Shown here: positions 23,301-38,565 of the stretch, in pieces
How positions within the stretch are numbered: position 1 is the stretch's first letter
How the letters are laid out: the number at the start of each line of letters is the position of its first letter
Assembly: GCF_964355755.1 (NCBI RefSeq)
Contig: NC_092671.1
Location: forward strand, 34,916,304-34,980,303
Length of the DNA stretch: 64,000 nucleotides
Source of the DNA: Antedon mediterranea
Taxonomy: Eukaryota > Animalia > Echinodermata
Reading direction: 5' to 3'
Made by a program: the position numbers and the translations under genes
The notes under the pieces: model-generated
Database searches by the model: none
What the model was told of the DNA's origin: nothing
Seen by the model: only the letters and a program-made list of their open reading frames with translations

Positions 23301-25658
23301 ACTACTCACTGTAGGTGTACGTCATTACTGTGATTTGTGCGCGTAGTAAGTAACTAGGTATTTAAATCTCTATAGTAACAATTTCCTCCTCTAGGACGTT
23401 ATAATAATTTCAAATAATTAATTGAGAAACTCCTTATAAAAATACCTTCTTTAATATTTCTAAATAAGTAATTAAATGAACAATTTCATTTGTTATAAAA
23501 TCCGATATTTAAAAATATATGTCAAGGCATGTGGGTAGGGTTGGGCAGGCCTAGGCTATCTTTAATTTAATCATTTTTGTTTTAAAAACTACAAAATATT
23601 ATTAATTAGAATTACTCCTACTTCTTTAATATAATTTTAAATTTTTTTTAATAATAAAATGTTTTATTATTCAATGCTATGTCCTGGCCTACATCCATAG
23701 TATGCCTTACTGTTCGATTTTAAATATCATTTTATTCTTACCTTTATTATTTATTCGTGGAAATTTTGTATTGTTGCACCACAAAATAAGAGAGGCATAA
23801 TGCGTTATTTTATGATAAATATAGTAAATATAATACAATTTACAAATAATGTTTGATAAATTCAATCGAAATAGTTTGTAAAGAAACAAAGCACAGAAAC
23901 AAGGAGATGATGTCTCTTCACCGTGTTGTCGGAGCTAGCGCTAGTTGTATACTGGAGTTTCTTAGTTGTGTACACAAACTCTATTCCGCGAAAAAAATTG
24001 TGACGTCATACGTGTCATTAGGACAATCAAAGATGAATTATATATTTTGCGTCATTCACTCACAGGTGTCCTCTTTCTAGAAGTTTATTAGAAGATAATT
24101 TTAAAACTAATTAAATTTATTGCAATTTATTTCCCGATCATTATACATATATTTGTATTATCCACAAATAGGCATATTATTTTAAATAAAACAAAGATCT
24201 TTGATTGAAACAAAAATAAAAGTTGTATTTCTTACAGTTCCCAAGGAAACAAATAATACGTAACATAACTTTGGTTTTTTGTTTTGGTGTGACTAGATGA
24301 CGCTTTTTAGCAAGGAAGATTGATTACCAAATTTGTTCATCTGATGTGTTACAATGTGTTGCCATTTTACTGTAACCTATTCATTTATTGTGTAAACGAA
24401 ATTCTGAAATATACCAGATTGATAATTAATGTAAATATTATACCATACCCATAGGATAAATATTATAATCTACAGAAGAAAACTTAAATTATATTTCTTA
24501 GTTAACTCATCATTCGCGATTAATTCAAGTTTATATTTCTAGTTTTCATAATAATTCGCCGTGAGAGGTAAGCTTTCTTATACATGTTGTAAACAAATCA
24601 TCAGAGGTCGTAATTTTTTTTAAATTGTTCAAGATTATCTCTTTTTTAATTATAATTATATTATTTATTATAAATAATCTAATCGAAAGACCAAATATTA
24701 AATTTTTTTTTAATTCTTTCAACTACCTTGTGATGTGGTTATGCATGATGTAGAATTTTCTTAGAATCAGAGTATGGGATTTGTTTCAATTTCCTTTAAA
24801 ATCTACCACACTTCCTCACAGTTTCCTCCTAAGTTTTTGAGTAAAGAAAAATGTCGGTAGTTATCATAACTTGTTAACTTCCTTATATGCATAGGTAACA
24901 CAAACATTATATTTCAACAATTTTTCCAGTTTTTAATTATAAAGAAAAAGTTCGGCAAAATTATATTAATCAATTATTTAATTAATTCTATATTATCATA
25001 TGGTATACATTATATGCATAATAACACATACATTTTTATAATATTCTGTCGTTACGCGTGAAATACATTCTAAATATTGTGTACAATTAATCATCTATAT
25101 ATAAATTTACGTAAGGGCAAAAATCGGTAAATCGTGCGTTATTTCTAGAATGTTTACTCGATGGTATATAAAGTTGGTTCGTACTTTCGGTACTAATTTT
25201 AACCACTATATTGATACATCAGATATATAATAATATAAAAACAATTAGTAGATAAATTAAGAAAGAATTTACTGAAGAAACCATGTTTAAATTACTTTTT
25301 ATTTATTTTATAATCTGTCGACTTATTAATATATTATAGTAGCGTGACCAGGGAAGAGTGAACTAAAGGCGTGGTAAATCCCCAGCCGTGTATGCAGCTG
25401 TAATTGACGTAGGTAGCATTTATAGACGACAACTCATCTAGATATGCAGTTGATAGTAGGCCTACATTCAGATAATACGGCTTGTTTATCCTTGACTCTA
25501 TTTACTATTGTACTTAAATTATTTTAATTATAGTTTGTATCATATCTGTTTACTGTGACATAGAATAACTCTCTAGCCTACGTGAACTAATTTGAAGATG
25601 TAGTTATTTAGATCCTCCGTTTTGTCATCGTTTAACACCTGTTAGGTCAGCTCTCATA

Positions 25659-25849
25659 TTAAACTTCATCATTTATAATATCTTCTGCGTTGACATCATT
25701 TTGATTTGGCACTGAAAAATAATAAACAGCATTATCACAAGGTCCTCTATCTTCGTCTACGTTAGTTCTCTTATTAACTACCGAGTCTAATTTCTTGTCA
25801 TTATCCTGTGTTTCTGATTTGATAAATTTATTGCTGAACACGATTCGGC
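25659..25849 (-). pseudogene. Tail-only fragment of the truncated-tail receptor class
   Basis: FSNKFIKSETQDNDKKLDSVVNKR...NDEV*, near-identical to the R4 tail. Confidence 0.8.
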
Positions 25850-26201
25850 CAGCCTTGTCCCAGCAACTTTATGATACAGAGACATTCTGATAATTAGTAA
25901 AATTCAGATAATAATAGCTTGTTTATTAATCTTAGATATATGTTTGTATAGGTAACACTATTTAATTGATCACTTAAATTATGATGGTTTACTTTACTTA
26001 TTGTTTTTATATCATCATCTCTGGATTTTAGTCGCGTGCAAACGCGACTCTGCAGTTCACTATGTCGGTCGGTTGGTCGGTCGGTCGGTAAACACTAACA
26101 AATTTGCAGCCATGTGACGGTGACCATCACGTGAAATATCTAGTTCAGTTTTTTTAGATCCAATGTTTAGCCATCGTGTGTGATACCTTGTAAACAGGTT
26201 C

Positions 26202-26870
26202 TCAGTTCTCATATTGAACTTCATCATCTTTATTTGATACTGATAAATAATAAATAGCATTATCACAAGAAACTCCACCTTCGTGTTCGTTAGTTGTCAT
26301 TCTTATTCTCTTATTATTTATTAACGAACGAGTCTAATTTGTTGTCATTATCCTGGGTTTCTGATTTTATAAATGTATTGCTGAATAGGATTCGGCGTAA
26401 TGTTTGCCGATTAAGAATAACTATTAACAATATTGCAGTTATAGCAATGACGGCCCTTCCTATAACAACTCCCAGTAATACCAGTTCAGATTTGCTGTTA
26501 TATTATAGTTTATATATATGCCCGTCAATACTACTATTAAAGTACTGATCATCGTTAAGAAGTGTCGTTGATAGATTAACATGGATCTCTCGTGTTATGT
26601 TTAAAGTTGACGATGAATTCCAAACCATTCCATCTTCTATTACAAAACATGTAAGATCTGTGATGTCAAAAATTGACGTTGTGGAATTAACAATGTCTCC
26701 AGGAATATATGGTGAGATCTGCCATTCATACTTGAGATTATTTGTCTTAAAGTTTCTTGCAGAACACTGGAACTGAACATCACCTGTCTCTTGCACTGAT
26801 AGTAATTTAGGTTTAATTTCCACATCAGGTAATAATACATTAAGTCTGATTGTACAATTCTTTGTCTTTC
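26202..26870 (-). pseudogene. 5'-truncated, frameshifted Arg-TM type receptor (domain 3, TM, tail)
   Basis: PDVEIKPKLLSVQE...YEWQISPY, internal deletion before TCFV, frameshifts, TM LGVVIGRAVIAITAILLIVIL; its 3' flank matches that of R3. Confidence 0.85.
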
Positions 26871-29396
26871 AGCCTTCCATGTGTTTTTCAACTCAATACT
26901 AATGGTATCGGTTATAAAAGCCTAGTGTCATAAATATATCATTGAAATCAGGAAATAAGCATTATGTCGCCGTTCAGTAGTTCAAGTGGTTATTTTCAGT
27001 TTTACTTTTTTTTTCTAACCATACGACGCATCTTTTGTAGAGTAGAGTACGGAAGTTCAGATGGAAACGTACCGCATAGTATTGTAATAATTTTGTCTAA
27101 TAATATCAAGAGAATTGGAAGGTATATTCACATTTTAATTTTCATTAGTAGATTTACCTCATCCGACTAAATACAGCAGGCCTACCTGAAGAAGAAAAAA
27201 TATCCTACTAGCACCACCACCCGTAGACACAATTTAAGAATCTATAAAAAATCGAAGAAGAAGGGATTGAAGTCGAGATTGATAACCGGAATGAATTGCC
27301 TTATGAAGTAGTCAATTTACGAAGTTTAACAAAAGATTGGAACAGTGAAGTGAAGGTATTTTTTTACTAAGATGCATAATTGACGGTGGTAAACTAGTCC
27401 TATTTAGTAGGCCTACACACTTCAAATACAAGTTAATTAGTATGCATTTCATCAGGGGATGGGAACCTCTTACCCACTGCAGTTCTCCAGCAATATCCAT
27501 CTTTCTTTCTTTTTTTCTTTAGAGGGTACTGGACTGTAAGTTTGTAGAAATATAGTAGATCGTTAGAAATGATTGATATGAAGAGCATTGTATTGTAGTT
27601 TTATTATTTTTTTATTATTAGGTAACAGTAGTAGTAGTAGTAGTTTCTTTTTGTATTTATGACTCCGCTTGAGTAAGACGTGCCAAACGAGAGCTCCGAT
27701 ATTACTTTTTCATAATGGCTACAACACGTTCCAAAAAGCCTGACAACGTAAGTTTTGAAGAATTTGTTAAAGAATCTCTTTCCAATATCATGAAATCGCA
27801 AAATAACCTTAAGAGTAAACTAGCTGAATCTATTAAATTCAACGAAGACCGAATTATTGCTCTTGAAAAGGCTCAGTCGCGTTACGAAGCTAGGCAGGCG
27901 GAATTCGTCGACGATTTGCATACAGCTCACAACACAATTGCGTCTATGCAGGCTGAGCTAAACAAGGCTGAACGCTTCTCCAGGAGAAATAACATTCGCA
28001 TTGTGGGAATCGCTAAATCTGATAACGAAAACCCAATCAACATTGTAGAAGATTTCTTAGCCACTCATTTTAAAATTAAACCAACGATTGAGAGAGCCCA
28101 TTTTGAATTTGAATTTTTTTTTTTTTGAATTTCTTTATTTAGTAATCAATGTTAAAAAACAATAAATACAATGCATAAAAAGTAGAAAAACAATTGCACA
28201 GAAACACAGGCCTTGATTACAAGGAATGCCAAGAAAAGTTAAAAACTTATTTCCACTTGGGTCCTAAAAACAAGGAACTGATAAAAAAACATACAAATTA
28301 CATCAAAAGAAACTTTGAAAAAAATGGTATAAAAATATAAAAGTTTAAAAATAACAATTTATCTAACACTTATCAAAATTTAATCCTAATTTACAGTTTT
28401 AAGAAAGATTGATTATAAGAGATATATACAAAAATTTATTTATTACACTAAAGTAAAAAAATTACAATTAATTTTAACACTTATTTATTTATATTTATTC
28501 TTAATTTACAGATTACAGAAAATTATTGATTTATTGCATTATACTAAAACCTTTTTATAATTTATTGCACATGAGAATTAAATGTTGAGGAGATGCTTTT
28601 TTAGTGCCAATTTAAAATGTTCTAATGAAATATTACTTTTAACATATAATGGTATAGCGTTCCAGGCTTTTATTGAGTTGTAATAAAAAGGTTTTTTTCG
28701 CAGCCCTTAATTATTGGAATCCTATAATTTAAATTTGTGGCACTACGTGTCCTTCTAGAGTGGTAATCAACAATACAAACAAAGTTACTATTTAGATACA
28801 TTGGAGCAGAATTATTAAAAATTGTATATACATTGCATAAACATTTGAACTTAACTCTTTCTGGGACGTTCAGATATCCGATTGATTTCAGCTCAGATTG
28901 ACCAACATGAGATCTCGAATCTGATTGAGTAATAAATCTGAATATTTTGTTTTGAGTAGTCTGAAGCCTGTGTTTGTGTACCTGAGAAGAGTCATTATAC
29001 CATGCTGGGGAAGCATAGTCAAAAAGAGGCTGAATTAGAGCTGAAGAGAGAAGTTTCCTACTACCAAAATCAAGATATTTGGATTGTCTGTACATAAATT
29101 TTAAACGGCTATTTGCGCTAGTTATTACTGAATTGGCAATCAGATTCCCAGAAGCCTGTTGGTCAATCTGGACACCTAAATACCTTACCGACTCTGTTGA
29201 TTTTATATCACATTCAAGGGCATTGAGTTGGAATGAGACATTTTTTATCGACGTTTCGTTTCCAACAGAATGCATTCAGTTTTACCTGGATGAATTGTAA
29301 GTCGGTTATCAATAAGCCACTCATTACAAAGATTTAACGAAGCACTAAGTACAGCCGAAATAGTATTAGGGTTTCGGTCTGAATACAAGATGGCAC

Positions 29397-30928
29397 CAGC
29401 CGCGTAACAAGGGGGTCTTGTCAGGGGGGGCAAAGAGGAGAAAATCCTTCCAGACACCAAGTACTTGAGCCACAGCCCCCCCATGGTGGGGGCTGTGGCG
29501 AAGCGAATTTTGGTAAATGACACCCCTAGATCGTCGGAAATGGTACTCTCGCACATAAAATTCATGATAAATGGCGCCTAACTAGTAGTAGTTGGCCTGG
29601 AAATAACACTCCCATTTATTGCACAGCAATCAGCAAAATGATCGTACATTTTCCACCGTTAAAAACTCAGGTGACATAACATTTGAACATGTGAAAACCC
29701 AATCTAACATTGGATCCGCACCTGGCAAAGGTAGTAATTTTTCCGGTTAGAAGACTGAAACAGGGCCGTAACCAGGTTTGACGGCGGGGTGGATCGTTAA
29801 ATTGTTTAGTGGAACCATACCCTCGAATTTTTTTTTCTCTATAGGCCTATGTATGGCCGCAAATCGCATTTCCGGCTAAACTCTTTTGTTTATGAACTAT
29901 ATAATTTGGTGAAATTTCCAGCCCACGAATTTCAATTGCCGACCTTAAATTGTCAGAGGAAGGCATTCTCTTGCCGACCGAAACTAGGCTAGATCCCTCC
30001 TCCCTTTAAGCCTCCTAACAACAACAACATGGTACATTAAGGGATCGTATCATTGAGACTTTAACAGGCATATTCACCATCATGTGGTGTTTAGGTAACA
30101 AACCATGGAATTAAGGTGATCCCTGAATTCACTCAACCATTGCATCTTGCACTTGCGTGAGCTGCATGCTTTCTCTCTATACTATCAAGCAGCTGGCTGG
30201 GCACGTCACACGCACGCAGAGACCTGTGATGGGGAATACCCTTTTATGTCAAGCAAACAACTATGCTCTGTGCCACGATGTTCAGCAGTTATCAAATAGA
30301 ATTTATCTTGTAAATTTAGTGTTAGGTTTTTATATTTTAGTTAAAATATACTTTATATTCTTATGTCGATTTATATTAATTAAATTTATTAAGGCTTGAC
30401 TAGACCTGTAGTAAACAATCGTAGTGTTGTGTTAGTATGCCTGTGAAAGATTGAGTATTGGAGTGACAGCCAGCCACGAAAGTACGTTCATTTTGCTGAT
30501 CGCTAGCGCGTTACATACGATTAGTAGGAGTGTATTTTTTTAAGGTGGCCTCACACGCACAGCACAGCGTCACAATTGTGTATGAGATGCCCGCGATGGC
30601 GGCTTAGATAAAAGACGCCAAAAACCACAGTCAACTGACCGCATGTTAATGTACTGATAAGCAGTGCGTCTTCCCACGAGTTGTCAGTCAGGATTTTGTG
30701 TATTTCATATCATCTTACTTGAATATCATACTGTACTGTGACTCATTTGAAGCCATATCATATATCGTATATTTTATTCTTATCTTATATTTTCTTTCTT
30801 CTATCCCTTCTTTGTATTTTATTTTATTTTTTTTACTTGTTACCCAGCCCGATCGAACGCTTCTCAACCCGGTAATATCCGCCAGGGGGGTATTCCGCCC
30901 CCCTGCCCCCCCGCCTGTTACGCCACTG
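29397..30928. mobile_element. Non-autonomous hAT-like DNA transposon
   Basis: 8-bp TSD GATGGCAC (29389-29396 and 30929-30936); imperfect TIRs CAGCCGCGTAACA / CAGTGGCGTAACA; interrupts the RT just after YADD. Confidence 0.85.
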
Positions 30929-33554
30929 GATGGCACAGTCATCTGCATATAGTAGCACTTTACATTTTGATTCAACTGATGAAACAACATCATTTATGTA
31001 CACTAGGAACAGCAAAGGTCCCAATATGCTCCCTTGGGAGACGCCATGTGCAATAGCCATATTTGTTTGATTTACCTCCCTTAATTTCAACAAATTGTTT
31101 CCTATTAGATAAGTAAGAACGGAACCATTTAGTTGAATCGCATCCGATTCTTCTGAGTTTATCACAAAGAATGAAGTGATCGACCGAATCGAAGGCCTTT
31201 CGAATGTCCAGCAAAACCATACCTGTAAGAAACCCATTGGCCATTTTTGATTTCACATGATCCAATAAATGAGTAAGACAGGTTTCAGTGGAAAACCCTT
31301 CTCTGAAACCAGACTGAAAATCTGTTATCACATCATTATCTTCCAGGTGTCTGGCTAGCTGGACATACACAGCCTTTTCTAGAATCTTAGAGGTACAACT
31401 TAATAGGCTAACAGGGCGGTAGTTATTTGTGTCAGTACGATCGCCTTTTTTAAATATCGGCTTTACTTTTGCTATTTTAAATTGGTCTGGTACAATTTCA
31501 GTTTTAAGGGAAAGGTTTATTATATGGGTTAGGGGACCTTTTAAGAAAGTTGCTCCATCTTTTCGAAAACGAGCAGGGATGCTGTCTGGTCCTGTGGCTT
31601 TATTAGGATTTAGTGAACTTAAATACTTTTCAACAAATTCTTCACTCACAGGATCAAGCTTAAATTTGGTAATATTTTTCTTATCATAATGAGTTTTAAA
31701 GTAACTAGAACCGGGTAGATTGATTGCTTTGTTGAGGTAACTTATTTCTGAGATCCTGAGCAACGTGAGTAAAGAATCTGTTGAATTCGGTTGCAATACC
31801 TTTTATAGTACTATCTCCATTTTTTAACACTATCTTTGCATCACTTATGTTCTTATTACTATAACTTAGATGTTTTAAAGTTCTCCAGAGTTCCTTAGGT
31901 TTAGCTTTATTTTCTAATATTTTGTTTTTTATAAAATCTGCTTTAGTATTTTTAATACTAGTTTGAACTAAATTTCTAATTTTAACATAATCTTCATAAA
32001 TATCTAAATGAGTTTTGTTGTTAGTGAACCTTTTTAGTAGCCTGTCTGGTTCACGCAGCAAACTAAGAATGTCTCCTGTCATCCATTCTTCAGTTCTTGA
32101 TTTAATGCGGATACGCTTCATTGGAGCTATTTTATCTATTAGTGTTGTTATAAGGTACTGGTGAAAATTATTAAAAGCACTATTTACTTCGTTTGAGTTA
32201 TACACGTTAGACCAGTCTATATTTTCAGATAATGTAAAATTAAGTAGTTCGGGTGTATAATTTTTTAAAGACCGAAACTCGGCATATTTATGTTCGTTTA
32301 ATTTAGCATGAGACTTTTTTCTAATACAAAAGGTGATGAAGTGGTCACTAAGACCGTATTTGAGTATACCACTATGAGTAATTGTGTGCTTGTTGTTACA
32401 CAATATGTGATCTATCAATGTTGATGATGTTGACGTAATTCTGGATGGTTCTTTAATTATTTGGTCCATGCCATGATTATTCAGCAACTCTTCATACTGT
32501 TTTGTCAGGGGATTCTTTCGATCGAGAATGTTGATATTAAAATCACCTAATATAATGGTCTCTTTTTCATTGCCTCCAATTAGGGTGTTGAAATCCTCGA
32601 TGAAGCAATGCTGATTTGGTGGTCGATAGACACACCCTATTAGAATAGGTTTAGACTTAGGTAAAAGTATGTCAATCCATACCGATTCCAGATTGCTGAT
32701 TGCTGTTACAGGCACTTCATTAAAAGCAAGGCTATCTTTTATATAAATTAAAGTTCCACCATGAGCATCTGATTTTCTGTCACATCTGACAGAGCTGTAA
32801 CCATTCATTTTTATTTCGTCGTCTGTGATTGACGTATGCAGCCATGTCTCAGTGACACAAATAACGTCTGCCTTGGTATTGACTGTAATTAGTTTGAGCT
32901 CAGAAAGTTTGGGCAGAAGGAATCTAGCATTAAGATGAATCAAATGTAGCCCTTTGTTCTTGAAAACTGCTAGATCAACAATGTCATTGATATTTTCTGG
33001 TCTTGGTACGTTAATGTTGCCAGAGTCGACAATCTCCGTATCCATAATAATTATATGGAGAAATTTGAAGGATTAGGCAGCGTGGGCATATCCAATTTAG
33101 AGAACACTTTTGCTTTAGATCAATTCGTCCGCATTTCAAATGACAGTCCTTAAGACAATCAGTACATTGAACATAGCGATGATTTCTTGCCACAGGGCGT
33201 TCACAAACTGCACAAGGATTCTTGACAGGACCAGGATTTGTCTCGATGTCTCCTGCCGTAATTAATGTTCCATTAAATGTAGCGGTGTGATTGGTATAGT
33301 AAATACAGGGAGCTCCATATGATACCTATTTCGTAATTGGCTGGATTGGAAGTTGGCTAGGCCCACTTTGTTTACATCTGTGAGTGAGCCAAACCCCTGA
33401 TAAGGGGCTTCTCGAAGGCTGCCAAAAGTTAGTAGCCACACCAAACCTAGGCCTAGCAAGATCATGTTTCCTTGGCTTTAAATTTGATATTTTGTACACA
33501 ACTATGGGAGAGCAGGTACAAGCTGATTGACTTGCTGTGATGGACAGAGCTTTA

Positions 33555-33733
33555 AGCGTGGTTCCCACTAGCGACGCAACGCAAGGACGTAACGCAACGC
33601 AAGTGAATTGACCAATCACAAGCGATGGCTTATTCGCTTGTGATTGCTAACTGTCTATAACTTCGCTTGTCATTGGTTAAAACGCTTGCGTTGCGTTTAC
33701 GTCCTTGCGTTACGTTCTAGTGGGAACCAAGCT
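33555..33733. mobile_element. Palindromic MITE, Harbinger/Tourist-like
   Basis: TIRs AGC(G/T)TGGTTCCCACTAG extending into GCAACGCAAG repeats; TTA on both flanks. Confidence 0.75.
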
Positions 33734-36700
33734 TTAGATAAGAAATATGATTAAATGTTGACTTACAAATCGTGAAGAAGGACTGTCTAGACGGTCTAGG
33801 ATTCCAAGGAAAGCCGCCCCATATACTCTTTAAAGTGCTATCATATGTTGACAAAGTAGAAATCCTCAAAAACCGACATAAACTCGCTAGTCCAGGTGCC
33901 TACATTATAGACGACCTAACCCGCACGGACAGGCAAGAGAAGAACAAGTGGAAGACCCAAGTTAAAGCCCTGTATGATCAAGGAATCAAGCTTAAGTTCA
34001 GAGCCGGGAAATGGCGTTCATCAACTGGTATCCCACATGCGTTTAAGTAGTAACCTGTTTGCACAATGATGAACTCTATCCAGCTTCATCTATCCAAGAA
34101 GAACTTTTTTTCCCTCGACTTTACATAATTATATTATTTTAAAATATGCAATGATATCGTTTTTCCGTTAGCTGTTCATTATTACTATATTACATCGTAT
34201 TATTATATTGGGAGCTCCTGTTTTAATTTACTTCTGTAAATGCACTCTTATCATATCTTGTTTTTCTGTTTTGTTAATGTATTATTATTATTGTTATTAT
34301 TTACTATATTGTTTTCTATTACCATTTACTTTATATTCAGTGATGCTTCTCAAATTGTTAAATCGTTGTCAAAATGATGTATGAGAATTATTTTTGTCAT
34401 CTCCCATTCCATGATTTTACTATAGATTCTGATACTATTAACTATAGTGATATATCTAACATTATTATAAACCCCCTTGCTCATACTGAATATGATAAAT
34501 TTGATGAACATTCCGAGCCTCTTGCCAACCAATTAAATTCTAGAAATTCGACACTCGAGGATTGTATATATTATGACACTAATCATTTTAATACCACTTT
34601 TAGAAATGTTTCAAATTCCCTAATTTCTCTCTTTCATGTTAACATTAGAAGCGTTACAAATAAAACTGATTCCCTTGAACTATTTTTAAATTCAATTAAT
34701 TTAAAATTTTCTATTATTGGTCTCTCTGAGACGTGGTTGAATGACACGTCACCTACTCCCTTCTTGCATAATTATTCATTTATATTTAAAAATAGGCAGT
34801 CTGGTAAAGGTAGTGGCGTAGCTTTTTTTCGTAAAAAACGATTTTAATGTTAGAGTCCGTCTTGATCTATCGATTTCTCAACCATATGATTCCCTTTTTC
34901 TAGAAATAGTACATCAAAATAAAAGAAATACAATCGTTGGTGTAATTTACCGTCCTCCAGATGGTAATATTGATCATTTCTCCAAATCCTTCGATGAACT
35001 CTTAAATAAAATAAATTCTGAACATAAACCCTGTCATATCATGGGCGATATAAATATTGATATCATAAAATATCAAAATCATATTCAAACTAATAATTAT
35101 ATTGATATGTTACTTTTTCGCTCATTTTATTCAACAATTTCAAAACATACTCGAATCACACCGAATACCGCCACCTTGATTGACCATTTTTACACCAATA
35201 TTATTGATACAAAAATACATTCTGGTGTATTTATTTTTTATATATCCGACCACCTTCCTATCTTTCATATAGTAGATGAAAAAGTATACCATACTGACAC
35301 CGACAATGTACCATCTCGTATATTAGATATTGATGCTTTGTGTGGTGATTTGGTTGAGGAAAATTGGTCTGAGGTTTACGATTGATAAATTTCTTAACAC
35401 ATTCTATAAAATTCATAATAAACATATTAAAAATAAATATAATGTATCAAATAAAATGAAAGCAAAACAGTCTTGGATGACAGCTGGCTTAATTAAAAGT
35501 AGCAAAAAGAAACAAAAACTTTATAAAAATAAATTTATTCTCATGATATTCAACATAAAAGTATATACAAAAATTTTAAAAATATGTATACTAAACTCTG
35601 TCGAACCGCCAAAAGAATGCATTATATATCAACATTTCAAAATGTAAAATGTAACCTTAAAAAGACCTGGGCTATAATAAATTCTGTATTAAGACCAGAA
35701 AATCGAAACAACTTTCCATCCCTCATAAATAACGGTTTTGAAACAATTACATCAACTAAAGAAATATGCGATTCATTTAATAAGTACTTTTCAACAATTG
35801 ATTCAAATTTAAATAATTCTATGCCTGACCCTCATATTGACCCAATCTCATATTTACCTAATCCAATTTCTCAATCCTTTTTTATAAATCCTGTTACAAA
35901 AGAAGAAATAATAATTATTGTCAACAATTTAAATCCTAATAAAGGATCTGGTGACGATAATATCACTTCACGTACGATCAAACGAATACTGCCGTACATA
36001 ATTGACCACATTACCTTCTCTATAAATTGTTCATTCTCATCTGGTGTATTTCCATGTTTATTAAAAATAGCTAAAGTTTTTCCAATCTTTAAGAAAGGTG
36101 ACAAGGACAAGTTAAAAATTACAGGCCTATCTCCCTTCTTAGTGCTTTTTCTAAGATCTTAGAAAAACTCATGCACCAGCGACTCTATGATTACCTTACT
36201 AAATTCAACATTCTTTATACTCACCAATATGGCTTCCGTCATAACCATTCCACATCCCATGCAATTCTGGATCTTGTTAAAAACATCACCTCATCTCTTG
36301 ACAATAAACAATTTTTACTCTCCGTTTTTATAGACTTAATTATGGCATTAGAGGAATTGCATTAAACTGGTTTGAAAGTTATTTAGTAAACCGTAAACAG
36401 TATGTTGCGTTAGGCTCATTTAAATCATCAGTGGAGGCTGTAAATTGCGGAGTGCCTCAAGGGTCGGTTTTAGGACCACTACTATTTTTAATTTATGTAA
36501 ATGATCTTTCTATCAAGTGACACTCTGAAAGTCATATCCTTTGCTCTGATGATACTACGATTTTGTATTCTCATTCTGATATCAATGTCTTATATAACAC
36601 CGTCAACACTGAACTAAATAAAATTACTGACTGGTTCACCTCAAATAAGCTTATTGTTAATGTACAGAAAACTAATTACATTTTATTTCGTACTCATCAA

Positions 36701-38565
36701 AGACAAATTGATTTCTCTAATCTTAATATTTACATTAACAATAATATTATTGAACGTAACCCGAAGTACTATTCCTCGGAGTTTATTTACATGAATACTT
36801 GAGATGGACCAGCCATCAAGCGTATGTATCTAACAAGATATCTAAAGTAATTGGCATCCTTTGTAAATTGAGACACTTTTTTCCACAACATATCTTACTC
36901 TTTTTATATAACACCCTTATACAACCTCATCTTCTTTATTGCAACATTATTTGGGCAGCCAACTACCCATCAAATTTATAAAAACTTAATAAACAAATTA
37001 AACGTGCTGCCCACATTATTACTTTCTCTCACTATCTCGCCCCTTCCCAACATTTACTTAAAAAACTCAATATTTCTACATGATCTATTTACAACACAAA
37101 TTGCTTCCTTTATTTTTCAATTCTTTAATACCAAACTCCCTGTGACAATGTCTAATCTATTAAGTCATCATACAAAATCACACAAGTACAATTTACGTAT
37201 CGACAATAAATTTCAGCATCTTGATGTACCTCCTTTTAGACTGAAAATTTCCGAATATTTTATTTCTGTCTCAGGACCGCGAATATGGAATGATCTTGAT
37301 GACAAACTAAAGCATTTTAAATCTCTTTATACTTTTCGGAAAAATTTTAAAAAAATATCTTATTTCTTTATACTAATTTTAATATTATTATGATTGTAGT
37401 ACACTGAAAGTATCTATTTTTATTTCATCGTTTTTGTTTTTATTTATTATTTTATGTAGTAAATTGTATTAGTTTAAATGTATGTGTATTGTTTCTGGGG
37501 TCTTTCTCGAGACAAGAAACTTGTTTTCCTCTAGAGAAGACCCCAAATGATGGCTTATTACTAGGTTTCATTTATGTACACACCTATAATTATATCATAC
37601 TGTATAATGCCATTGTTGAATAAATAAATGTTTTTTGAACTTTGAAGTATCTGTGTTGCAACAAGCATAATTTAGACTGTTGTACTGATTCATATTCACC
37701 ATCTTTCTTTGGCAATGGTGAAACTAAAAATATACCAACATATGTTACATTAATAACATCATCAGACATATACACACTGTACACTACTATGGCTGTGTGT
37801 GTATTTTACGTCGATCATCATTGGCTGCAAGTTATGTGTCCCATATGGGTCCACCAATCAAAACCTTATGCTTATTGATTGTTGGGATTCGTCAATTTTA
37901 ACCAATAGAATTTCATGACGTTAACAATTGTTTCATCTTTCAACAACAAGTCGTCACCGCCCCAGCGCGCACACTATAATACACATTACATCATGCGCAT
38001 CGCACACGTCATTCTGTAATTTGTGCGCGTAGTAAAGTAACTAGGCAGATTTAATCTCTATAGTAACATATCAAAACAATTCCCTCCTCTAGTAGGAACC
38101 TAGTTACGTTATAATAATTCCAAATAATTCGTTGAAAAACCCCTTTTAAAAATACCTTTAATATTTCAATCACTTCTAAATAAGTAGTAAATCAATGAAA
38201 TGAATAATTTCATATAAAATAAAGTTACAAAATCGGTTATTTAAACAAAATATTTGATTAGACAGAAAGTAGGGTAGGATTTATGCATATCTTTAGTTTA
38301 CTTATTTTTGTTCTAAAAATATTATTAATCAGAATTATTCTTACTTTAATATTAAAAATGTTATTTTATTATTCAATGCTATGTCCAGACCATATTATGA
38401 CTTCACTTGGAATCTACCAAGTGTATTGCCTTACTGTTCGATTTGAAATATCATCATAGTCTTACCTTTGTTATTTATTCGTGTTAACGACGTAGGCAGT
38501 CGTATTGTTGCACCACAAGAAGACAGGCATAATGCGTTATTTTATGACAGATATAGTAAATATAA

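Larger units (their letters stand above)
28102..33788 (-). mobile_element. CR1/L2-group LINE with 2A-like peptide, PHD finger, APE and RT, nested in ORF1 of the + strand LINE
   Basis: GDIETNPGP followed by CAVC..CTDC..H..C..WICPRC; APE 31705-33045; RT 30990-31796, QGSILGPLLF, YADD; C-terminal part 28670-29390; TTCAAA/A-rich tail at 28102. Confidence 0.9.
27611..37646 (+). mobile_element. Full-length-like decayed LINE (ORF1 27715-28102 + ~33790-34050; APE-RT ORF2 34374-37393), split by a nested insertion
   Basis: ORF1 coiled coil + RRNNIRIVGI...IERAH resumes as GKPPHILFK...IDDLT. APE motifs (HVNIRS, SETWL, GDINID, SDHLPIF) and RT motifs ([15 protein letters not shown]). Flanks are contiguous in the paralogous blocks at ~10.23 and ~55.6 kb. 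Confidence 0.88.
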
